From the NCBI RefSeq assembly GCF_008831285.2, contig NC_045138.2, positions 31,868,001 to 31,932,000 of the forward strand: a stretch of 64,000 nucleotides of DNA, written 5' to 3'. Shown here piece by piece: positions 12,801-25,189 of this stretch (position 1 is its first letter; every line of letters starts with the position of its first letter). Below the pieces are notes generated by a model, which saw nothing but the letters and a program-made list of their open reading frames with translations, did no database searches and was not told where the DNA came from. This DNA comes from Nymphaea colorata (taxonomy: Eukaryota). A program made the position numbers and the translations under genes.

Positions 12801-15800
12801 AGGCCATGACAGAGGAGATGGACGCCCTGGAAAAGAACAATACGTGGGAGGTTGTTGATATCCCCAAGGGAACTCACTTAGTTGGTTCCAAGTGGGTGTT
12901 TAATGTAAAGTACAAACCTGATGGCACTGTAGAACGCTATAAAGCTCGTCTTGTTGCTAAAGGGTTTAGCCAGAAATATGGGATTGACTATCTTGAGACG
13001 TTTGCTCCCGTGGCAAAACTGAAGACCGTAAGGGTCATCTTAGCTCTTGCAGTGCAAAAGAAGTGGAGCATGGACCAACTTGATGTCAAGAACGCCTTCT
13101 TGAATGGTCACCTTGAGGAAGAAGTCTATATGAGCATGCCGCCTGGATATGCTCAGAACGGGAAGTGTTGCTATCTCAAGAAAGCTTTGTATGGTCTCAA
13201 GCAGTCCCCTAGAGCTTGGTCTGAAAGACTAAGGGTTGTAATGAAGACTAATGGATATAAACAGGGAAATGGTGATCACACCCTCTTCACCAAGCAGAGA
13301 AATGGTCTGGTGAGCCTTCTATTTGTATATGTTGATGATATGATTGTCACAGGTGATGACAAAGAAGAAAAAAAGAAGATGAAAGAAACGTTAGCTGCGG
13401 AATTCGATCTCAAAGATCTGGGTAAACTAAGGTACTTTTTGGGGATTGAGATCGCGCGATCTGAGACTGGACTTGTTATGAGCCAAAAAAAATACACTTT
13501 GGATCTTCAAAAAGAGACAAGTAAACTGGGATGCAGGCCCTTTCTTACTCCAATGGAGTCTGGCACAAGGATAAGTATCAAAACTGGGACTATCTTGGAT
13601 GAGGAAGGAAAAGGGAGGTATCGGCGGCTGGTTGGTAAACTTATTTATCTCACTCTTACTCGCCCGGATATTACGTATGCCGTGGGTGTGTTAAGTCAGT
13701 TTATGCATGCCCCTACTGATTGTCATTGAAAAAGTGCTGAAAGAGTATTGGGATACTTAAAGAATGACCCAGGGAAAGGACTGCTCTACACTCGACAAGA
13801 TCAACTCAGCATTGAAGGATACTCTGACGCCGACTGGGCAGGATGCACAGATACTAGAAGGTCTACCACAGGATATTGCATCTTTCTTGGAGGTAACCTG
13901 GTGGTATGGAGAAGTAAAAGACAAGAAGTTTGTTCCAGGTCCAGTGCTGAGGCTGAATACAAGGCGGTTGCTATGGGGGTTACAGAGATGTTATGGCTCA
14001 AAATTCTTTTAGCAGATATTGGGGTTAAAATGGAAGAGAAGATGAGGATGTATTGTGACAACAAGTCTGCTATTAACTTGGCAAACAATCTGGTCATGCA
14101 CGACAGAACCAAACATGTGGAGATCGATCGCCACTTCATACGGGAACGCATAGATTCAAAGGAGTTGATTCTGCCCTATATGAAGTCTGAAGATCAAGTT
14201 GCTGATGTCTTAACTAAGTCTTTATGTACATCTCAATTTGAGAAAAATGTTAGCAAGCTTGGCATGTTTGACATGTATGCCAAGCTTGAGGGGGAGTGTT
14301 AAAATATATTGTAATGGGGAACCGGGTCCATATCTGGACCCGGTCCTATGGGGCACGGGTACCGAGGCTGGCTCGGTACCCTAGGCGGCACTCTTTCTCT
14401 CCCTCCTATATATTCTTCACTTACGTGTAATTGTTGAGTTAAGTGAATATTATTTTCTCTCTCCTAGGGTTGCGGTTTGCCCCTAGGTCAGAGCTTCCCC
14501 GTGGTTTTTCACGGTTTCACCTCTTTCAGAGGTTTTCCACGTATATCGTGTGTTCTTTCTCTGCTCTCTCCTTGTGGTTCATGTTTCTACAGTTTCATCC
14601 AATTTGACTGCTAAATGAGGCAGTAATGACAGACTTGTCTTTCAAGGTTGTAGATGATGAACGCCATCATCTAGTGCAAACAGGCAACAACTCCTTTTTT
14701 GTGGGAAGCCAATAATAAGGCTAATGATAATTTCATCTTCAGATCTACAATGTGGTAATGAGATCATCCAGTTGATGCCTTCCAATGGTCAAAATGCCTT
14801 CAAATCATCCAGATGACAACAGCCAGTTTGTGAAATGTGACAGGTGACACCCCTGTCAATTAAAGTCCTAGATGATAGTCACCTTCGTCGTCAACAACTC
14901 AAATTATGTTATCCCCCATCATTAAGACCTAGACAGTGACAGACCCATCATCAGGTGACCCAAGCGCTGATCAACCCTGCCATCAAGGCACCAGGTGACG
15001 GTTGACCCACCGTCGGTGCACATGGTGGCAGTTGGAACCTGCCACCAATTGAGATGATAGTTGATCCATCATCAAAGACACCCATCCTTTTTTTTGCCCA
15101 AAGGTTGGATGCCTATAGAACCTTAACAAATCCTCATTTAAATCATTTCTAAATTGAATGGCTAAAATGCATGTTCTTAAAATATGTTTAATTCATTAAC
15201 TCAAACGATGCACTTGATTTATTGCTTGAATATGATGTTGATTTTGAAGGTAATAGATAATGAATGTCCATAATTGCTTTGCCAGCAAGCTTTACCTTAC
15301 CAGAAGTTTTGATTGCTCTTACTTCAATATCCAAGGTGGCGAAATAGACTAATAGACTACTGCACTTGCATTGAGGGAATGGATGTCGGAGCACTTGGCA
15401 ACTTTTGGCTACAATATTGCCTCTTAGAGTTACAAGTCTTTTGGAGGAAGAACTTCTGTTTGAAATTAACTTCAGCACTTACTCTGTTTGATTTTTCTTG
15501 CTTATGATCCACTGAAGTTCGCCATCATATAAAACCAGTTATGCTTCCATGAAGAATAAGACTTGGTTATTCTGAATACATATATATATATTTGGAATGA
15601 ATTTTTTAAGCATCCCAGTTTCTCGTTTCTAATTACTTTGATTTATCATGAATCCTGAGTACCAAATCCAAACATAAAGCAAGATTACAGCACAATTAAG
15701 ACATTTCAATATGGTCAGTTGAACTCCTAAAGCAAAAGCAAGTGTCAAATCATTCATTTCTATTCAGCTGCCTTCTTAGGATAAGATTGACTATTCAAAA

Positions 15801-18800
15801 ACAAATGGATAAATAATAAATAACCAAGTTAATTACCCCAGAGCACAATGAACCACACCTCTTCCATGCAACAGCAGTAGATGCAATTGGTTGCATACTA
15901 ATAAGCTCAATAGCGTCTTGAAACTTGACCGTTGGGACAACATCAAATAAGACCTACAAAAGAATGAAGCTCTAAGACCAGCTCTACAATGAACTAAATA
16001 ATCTGTCAAACATAAACTAGAGAAAAGGATGTCAGATGTACACAGAAATGTAATACTGTAATCATCTTGCAGCAAGAACTCCTACTTCACTAAAAAGAAA
16101 GATACTACTTGAACAACTTAGAAGGACTGAGAAAGACATTTTCGCTGTAGGTTGGCCTTCAAAAGAAATAAAAAAATAAATAACAGATCCCAGAGGACAT
16201 TCATTCATTTGTTCATTGGCATGCACGTTTAATGAGCTTCACACCAAAACCTTTTTCTAATCAGCCATGAGGTGGAGAAGAGGAAAATAGGGAAAAGAAA
16301 AAATTACAAAAGGGAACACATAGAAGATCAGGATGATGATCCAACCACCAACTTTTTTAAAGGAAAGAGGATAACTGAGCTTTGGCTAAGGTGGTGCCTA
16401 AGGCCCACTTGTTTGACTTGATTTTATGTTAAATTAGGCTAGTTTACCAAGAAAATGACGAATTTTACAAGAACAAATGGACAGCCATGCCATTAGTGAA
16501 AGCATCTTTTAATTGGTCATGCAATTTTGATGGCAAAATCACCTAGCTTTCCCCACACCTTCTCTTCCTCAAGTAAGCCAAAGCCAATGTTTCATGATGA
16601 TTTCTGCTGACCTTGGTCCACAATGTCAATGCAACCACAAAAAGCAAAAATATGCACTCATCTTTGTTTCCATGAGGAATAGTCTCCTTGTGGTTTCTCA
16701 AAATAAGATATTGATTTCTAAACATTGGCATGACAAATCCTAGGCCAATCTTATTAACCAAATGACAACAACAAAAATGAAGTTAGCATTTTAACAAAGA
16801 CATATATAAAAGCCTATATGCTTGATTTCACTACAGATATGTCCAATCGCAAGTCACCTGCCAGTATAAGCATTTTCCCTCATGGTTTTGCACATCCAAA
16901 TTCACAAGGAAATACCTACATTGGGGCCTGAAAGGAGGATTATCTTCCAGGATTATGATTACTCAACTGCATGACACAGAATTGTTTGGCTTTACAGATG
17001 ATGATAGACCTACCCTGAATCATCATGCATTTGTTGCTAGCATGTGGAAGTGGAAACAAAGTAATAGAAACATTTGTAGAAAGCAACAAAGTTACTTTGC
17101 ATAGTGCACACAAGGCCTCAACAATAACTGACCATCAATAGAGACCTTGGAGAAGAGATACAAGCACAAACATACTAGGACAACAGCTTTGTGCACTATT
17201 GTACATAGCCCCTCTTCAATGCACAAAGAGCAAATGGGTTCAGAAATGTATGACCTAATTCTCTCAAAACTTTCAACATGAAACTGCTCCAAGTCATTCC
17301 CGCACTTGGAATATTACAAATGTTTACCAAGACCATTTAACAAAAGGTTTTCAAGCTTGGGAGATGATAAATAAAGGGCGATGAGTATGAGCAAAAAAAA
17401 AAAAAAGAGAACCACAAGCAGCTGCCATAGCACATGAAGCTTGAGCTTACTTAATGTAGATGAATACAATGAAGAAGAACACAAGGACAATCTTTAAGAT
17501 CATGAATCAAGACAAAAGTGTTCATGAACATCTTTGCTACCTATTTAAACCAGAGCTAACTTTACAAAGCCCAAGCACCTTCATGCTCAAGATATTAAAG
17601 TTCATTGAAGCAAGTTTCAAACACTATGATGATGGACTTCAGGCCTGAACTGCACAAGTCAAGACTTCTGTCCCCACATTCTAATGATATATATAAGAGC
17701 TATAGCTGCTAAAGTAACAAAAGTTGTTCAACGCATCTAGCATTCAAATAAATGTATAAATAAGTACTTAACCTCCAAGGACCGCAACAGAGAGAGAAAA
17801 AGTGAAAGCCAAGAGGAACCATCTTGACAAGAAATGGGAGTTACACCTCCTCTTAACTGGGTGAAACTATTTAAATGATGAAGATATCCAACCACAAGGG
17901 AGCTCTTTTACCATTCCAAGAACTACATCCATGAAAAGGCTTTCCAGAATACAGTTGATGCAGAAGGTCGATTTTGGAACGGCATATTAGTTTTTCTTTT
18001 GTTTTGCCAGGAAAGTTTTGGGTGCAGTGACTATTTAATAGCATGAAAATGATCCTTGTGTTAGAATTTAAGGATTAGCTCTAATGTAAGTATGCATATA
18101 TGTTTTTATATGTACTATCTAATATCTTAAACTCCTAGTAGTTTGATGTATGATTTGTATATATAAATATATGTATGTCTGCATAGGCCTTTTCGTATAT
18201 ATTTTCCTTTTATTTTTCATGTATTTTTCTGTATTTTTTTTGAATTCCTTTTTATTAGCAAAGGGAACTAGCTGTTGGCTGCTCCCAATGGCTAGAACTC
18301 TAGCCGCTGGAGCTGCCCAACAGCTAGCTCGTTTCTTTTCTTCTTCCTTTCTTTCTTCTATAAATAAGAGACTTGGGTCCCTTGCTTAGCATGGGCTTTA
18401 AGGTCTGATTTTGTGCATTATTTGAGATTGAATACAAGTTTTTTCCACCTCTAGTTTGAGGTTTCTCCTTGTGTGATTTCTTGGAGCGGCTGGTATCTTC
18501 AAGAATGTGACTCTTGAAGTGTTTCTATCATTAAGTTCAGGCCTGATTTACACCTTTGTACACGTTTCAGTCAGAAATGCCAACACATTATCAGCCAAAA
18601 TTTCTGTGGCAAACATTAAGGAACATATGAACCAAGTGTTCAATTAATTAGATCTAAAAGGTAAAGAGTTCTGACAGCAAAGTGCACAAGTGTTTTGAGT
18701 GACCAAAAGTTAACTAATTGACCTAAAAGGAACAGTTGAACCAAAGAAACAATCGCACAATTTTTAGTTACCAAAGTAATGCAAGTACAGATGCTTACAC

Positions 18801-20513
18801 GCAAAGGAGTCTGAACAGCAAGCCGCTCAAGCACAAAGTTCGAGACAAAAGGATCAGCCTGCCAATCATCATTTTCTTCCGATACTGATTCACAACTAGA
18901 CAACAGCAACGAGTACTTTGCCTTCCATACTTGACCAGAATTTACACAAGCAGCAAAAGAAGCCATGTCTAGACGGTAGCATAAGAGGTCACAAAGATAG
19001 TCCACACAGGATATCTAGTCACAATGAATTAAAAGAAATTTCAGGCACAAAACATATAGGGCATAGCTAAGAATTAGTTTATTAGAAGCAATATATAGTG
19101 AAAAGAAATCCAACCTCTTCTGATTGTTTTCCATAAAAAGAAAATTCCTCTAGTCGTAACTTCTGTGATTTACTTTTCCATAAGACTTTCATTAGTTTCC
19201 TTCGTGCTGCTGTCTTGCCACGTAAGAGGTCCCAACCCATGCTGGCAACAAGAGGTTGAAGAAGAGGGAAAGATGAAAGAACCTGCCAGGCAAGAATTAT
19301 CATTCAGCAGACGTAGTGAATGGAAAAAAGAACATGAAGCCAGTAATGAGTAAAACAAGATGAATGAGTGTGTAAGTTCTTATGAACCCCCCCATCAGAA
19401 GGGGAGGGTAAGCCAACACAAGACACAAATACAAAAACAGTTTGCAAAAGAAAAGTCCACACATCTAAAAATGGCTGCTGAAAAATACCAAAAACACATA
19501 CATTGCTGGCATCTTCAAATTGTTCCTTCTTGATTGCAGATAAGGCAGCTTCCACAACTGTCTCCATGACATGAAGCCCAGAAACACGAGCATAATGGTA
19601 CATGTCACGCATGCAAGACTTGACTATCATGTTCTTTAAATTCTTGGTTTCTACAGCGTCATCCAAGTCTGAGGCTTTTAGTAAATCTTGAAGCCGCTGT
19701 AAGGGAGGAGGGAAAAATCTGGTATTGGAGGCTCTACATTTCTCAAATTCTTCAGACAGCAACTCATCTTGAATTGACTGGTAAAATGAAAGAAACCAAG
19801 TTGTGAACTGTAATTTATTTCAAAACTTCATATGGAGGACTATAACAAATAAGCACAAAATTAGTCTATGATTACATGTAGAATCTTATAGATGTAGAAA
19901 CCAAAACATGAAGGCATAAAAAGCCAGTCACCAATACTAGAGAGCCACAAAAATTTCTACCCACAAATAGCAAGACAATTTTTTTGTCCTGCATGTTTTT
20001 TATATGTGATAAACTGAAACTACAGCTTAAAAATTAAAATTATCTTTCATCTTTCTATATTACATTTTGGATACACAACAACGCATTATTTATGACTTAA
20101 ACCATGATCTCAAGGATTTCTAAAATCACATAAGACCTCATTCACACCCATGATCATATGACACTATTACTAAAACTTTTTCATCGTAGACCTGTTACAC
20201 CATATTCCATTTTCATGAAATAGATCCCTTGTGTAACTTATCATTGCATCAGACCAGGTTTGCTATCCCATCTCTTGGATGGATTTAAACTGAGTTGTCT
20301 ACCTAGGTGAGTAAGTCAGCACTCAGCAGACTAGCCAACCTAGTTGGAGATAAGCCGACTGGTCCATGACCAGCCAGTCGACCAGTCCCTACCAGCCGTT
20401 CACTGATCCCTAGCGTGTTTGTTATTCCCCCCCTTCCTGTTATTTTCTCTTATATTTGTGAATATATGTGTATATATATATATACATACATATATACATA
20501 CATATATACATAC

Positions 20514-20564
<51 letters not shown>

Positions 20565-23500
20565 TATATATATATATATATATATGTACATAAATATATA
20601 TTCACCAATATAAGAGAACACTAGATCTTGACTACCAATAACCCTGACTTGCCAATCTATTTATCTTCTCTCCTCTTTCTTCAATAGTTAGGAACTGAGG
20701 ATTCGTAGTTGTCACTATTTAATTTCTTAATATACAACAAAAGCTTTAAGTTGCTGTAGCTCTTAAGTAATCAATGAGCAGTTCACTTGGGCTACTCTAT
20801 TTTTACTTCTTAAAAGTAGTTAATTCCTTAAGGTGCTTGCCAAGTGGCTGGCCTATTACCTACCCTATGTAAATATCCAACATGCTCAAACTGACTAGGT
20901 CCGCTAGCCCCAACTAGTTCCTTGATGGCCTACCCATGTTAGATTTTTTATTTTGACAATTTCAGACTTGAGAAGAGTCCTGTGCATAAGATTTTGAGAA
21001 ACCAGGACTTTATATACCCATATCTCATACAACCACTGATTCAGAGTCCTTCTTAGGTGTGAAAGTCAGCTAAGGATGCATTGGGAACTGCCAGAATGAA
21101 CACTCAGGGCAGTTCCGGCAAGATCAAGCTAATAACAAAGTCAAGTTTAACACTTGAAATTGAGGTCAAATATGCAAGAAGGCATGTTACTTAAGGAGAG
21201 TGCATTGTGATTCTCCATGTAAAAAGCCCTTTTAATGCTTTGGTTGGCTAAACTCGAGAGCTCTCTCAAACCGAGTCAAGTCTAGTTCGAGCTGGTGAAC
21301 TCAAGATCAGCTTGAGTTCGACTCCTTCATGACTCAAATTGAGCTTGAGCTAGCCTAGATTGGCTCGAACCCGACCCGCGAGCACCCACCCATTAAAAAG
21401 ATACGTATAGTGCCAAACCAAATTTCAGCAGTCATGCATGTGCCTCGAGCACAATCACAATATTTTGAAATATCACAATATTGTCACCATTTTGAGCTGA
21501 CTAGTCATATTGGTTAAGTATTGCTATTGTTTAAAACATTACTGGAATACAAATAACCTGACACCTTTTAGATCATATCATATTTTCACTTTAAAATACA
21601 AGTCTGCTTTATACTTATTATTTTTCATTTAAAATTTGGAACATTTCTATGGATTATTATTAAAATCCTTATAAGAAAAACAGTAAAAAACACATAAGTT
21701 CACAACTTTTCTAGTATCCCATGTATTTAATTTTTTTTATTTTTGCGATTTTCCTAGAAGTTTTACAAGAAAAACAAATTTAAAAAATTAAAAGATTGAG
21801 AAAACCTTGTCAAAAAATTGCCAAGAATGACATTTATGGTTATGGCCTAGAGAAAAGAATCTCATAGCCATGAAAACTTTTAGACATATAAAAAGTCGCA
21901 TCTATGGACAAGTTAGTCTACCAAGTCATATCAAGCCCATCAACTGGTGGATTCAAGATTTTTGCATATCAATATGCTGTCTAGGATGAAATTGAACACG
22001 CGAAAATTAACGATGCAGTCTTTATGTACTTCCCAAAGGGCAGTTTAATCTCTGGAGTAGTAAAAAGCAATATATTGCTGCTTGAGGAAAACGAGTACAT
22101 CAAGAAAGCACAGCACCCATGACTGATAAATGAGCAAGGAAATAACTATTTCAACTTTCCACATGTTTGATCGTAAAAGTGAGAAACCTATGAACCTGCT
22201 GGCGACTGTTAGCTTGTGACTACCTCAGAACTCAGAAGGCAAAAATCGTCCCATCAAGACAAATATTGTCCAGGCCAAAAAACAGAAGTGCAATCTTTTT
22301 ATGCTCCAACTAACTTTCATGACGACATCCAAAAGCAGCAACCCCAAAAAGAAGTTAAACAAAAAATAAGCACGTGTATTAAATAACCTATTTGTAATTA
22401 AATACACATTCCTAGTTTTGGATGTTTATATAAAGTTTATTGCAAATGTTGCATTACCTGAATCATTTGAGCCAACTCGGCAGACCCAGAGGATAGAGCT
22501 TCTTTGTAGATTATCAACATTTTTCTTTGTGTGGCAATCCATGATTTAAGAAAGGTCTCCTTATGTGATACAACCTTTTTTATCAAGCCCTTCAAAAGTG
22601 ACCTGGCAAAAGCATAAGCTCATGAAGCATATAGAGCAAAGAAGATCACCCAGCAAAGAAACATCAACGATGGTTCCACAACAGACCATCTGACTCGTTT
22701 AACATCTCAGAGTGATAAATCAGGAAGCACTACAGCCAGCAATTATGAACCAAGGAGCATAGATTTTGCTCTTGGGCACAGAAACTATATATTAGCAATG
22801 AAGTAAACAGAAAAGCTGTTGTTGATTCCAAGCATGAAAAAAGATACTGAAACGAAAAACACATTTTTCAGTGCACTCATACTTAAGTTAAGGGAACAGC
22901 ACATTTAAAATCAGGGAACTTGTTGCAGAAATTAAGTTCTCACGTGGACCAAGGATAAAAAAAGTGTTGTTACTAAGTTCAAAGTAAAGAAACATTATGC
23001 ACTGTGAGTTTCATTTTTGCCTTTGAAAACAATGATTTTTGAACTATCTTTCATCCCACCAAAAGACAAAATGCAAACTTTCCAGTATCTCTGTCTTCAT
23101 TTTCATTTGCCATGCAAGACACATACATGTTCTCCCTGTTAGAACGTGTATAAGTTTTTGGGTCATAAGGATGTCTGAATCTGGATCCAGATCCGGATGT
23201 CATATTAGGTGTTGTTTCCAACATGTCTTCCAATATTCTTCTTCACTCACGAAAGAAATCTTAGGGAGGACTGCAGTCTGCATCATGGATGGTAGTCCTT
23301 GAATGTGCTATTACTATCAGATATCATCATAACACATTAAGGTTCCTTTTTTTTCTGAAGGTGGCATTTCCTCTCAAATATGAACCATTAGATATGTTTA
23401 ACACCGGAAATCAACATCACAAAGGTGGAGGCTGGAGCAAACAATGACAACTATTTGATGCACTAACCAACTCAAAGCTTGTTACCTATCAGACTAATGG

Positions 23501-25145
23501 ACTGACGAATAATGCACAAAGATCCCATGGTCAACATTTACGCATTGGTGCAAGTCATCTTCTTGTGTTTGAATCTACTTTACCACAATCTGGCCCATTG
23601 AATTTCATTTAGATCCTTTTACATTACTTTTCATGTGTTTCTCATTTTAATTGACAAAGTTACTTCCTTTGAACTAAGATCTTGTGGCATGCCTACCTGA
23701 CATATAACTTGGTTCTACCAAATTTGCTTTTGCATTTGTCATTCTAGTTTACCGATAACCTAATCGAGAACAAAACATGTTTTTTTCTGAAAGCAGGTTT
23801 TGCCATTTGCGAACCAAATGTGTCCCCAAAAGTCATCTTCTTCACTGCATTAACTTATATTCACACATTCCGGCTGAGTGATAAATAAGGCAGAAGCTGG
23901 TGTTGAATGACTTCTGAAAAATTAAGGATGCATTATTGCTTGTATCACTATAACTTTTCTAAGTCACACGGACGCTTCACTTTTGCCGCCGCACCCGCGT
24001 CGACATGACTCAAGTGCGGGTGCAGCTTCGACTTGCACCCACAATCGGTCAAGAAGAGTCGGGTGCAGTCAGCCACACCTGACCATTTTTGTCCATTTTC
24101 GACACGAACCCGACTCGCGTTTGACTAGAGCCGGGTGTGGTCAACCTGTGTCCAGTCTATATGTGTCCTTTTTGTTGTTTTTTTGTTTTTAAATTATTTC
24201 ATTTATAAGTATTGAAGAGGGGGTTAGGGCACTGAACGATCCCTTTGGAGTTCGGCCTTCCGAGTGTGTGTGTGAAGAGACTTGATAGACGATGATTTTC
24301 TGACGGCCATTGGTGTGACGGTGACCTGAGACTGGCAGATTGTCTTCCAGCGGTGACCTTCAGCCCAAGGCAACCGACATTCAGTCCTCTAGCAGCCAGT
24401 GTCTTTCTTTTATCAGTTTTCAGTCCTTCGGTGACCGGCGACAACAATCTGAGATGGCGGGCTGTCTTCCAGTCCTCCGACGTCCAATCCTCTGACGTTC
24501 TCCATTGAGTTTTATTATGCTATCAAGTATCAACTATCACCCTTTTATGTTCATTTTTTCACTGTTGTTCAATTTTTTTTCCAGTTTTTTTTTAACGTGC
24601 GATGACTGATGAATAATTGTTTGCTCTTGCTGCAACCCTGTTTTTTTATATTTGCTGTGCGTTTTTCAGTTCTTATTTGTGATGTATCTTTTTTTATGAT
24701 TTTATAACTATGTCTGAAATAAGTAATTGTTTTATTGTTGTTTTCATAGTATATGATATACAGTTGTGTTGTAACTTGTAACTTGCCATTTTAACATTTT
24801 GTTTTGCACTTTTACTGTTGTTTCATATCACGGTATACATTATTGGCTATTGGTTATAATATATTAATATATAAGTTTTGTTACTTGTATTATAGGTGCA
24901 GCTGTGTTCTACTTTCCAACTGCTAATTTCAATTTCTGCTTTTGCATTATCTTAATCTGTTATATTACTAAGTTACAGTATTTACTATATATAATATATG
25001 CTATTCTAAACTCCTAATATGGTCATATCATATGCATTATGTTCTATACATTAATAACTTAAAGACTCGTGGAATTGTTGATTTGCAATTTTGAATTTGT
25101 TATTTGATAAATGATAATTTTGTTGTTTATAGACAAATTTGCTAT

Positions 25146-25189
<44 letters not shown>

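Larger units (their letters stand above)
9430..14591 (+). mobile_element. Full-length Ty1/Copia LTR retrotransposon (Ale-like architecture), antisense in intron 6 of the ZFYVE26-like gene
   Basis: LTRs 9430-9724 and 14297-14591 (295 bp, TG...CA, 4 differences). 5-bp TSD GTTTC at 9425-9429 and 14592-14596. PBS TGGTATCAAAGCC at 9725-9737 and PPT GAGGGGGAG at 14288-14296. Domain order gag-PR-INT-RT-RH. Confidence 0.98.

Noticed and set aside
16540..17350. Possible LINE reverse-transcriptase remnant (also ~25360-25800 and ~54900-55600)
   Set aside because: Only vague peptide hints; too degenerate to support without a profile search.
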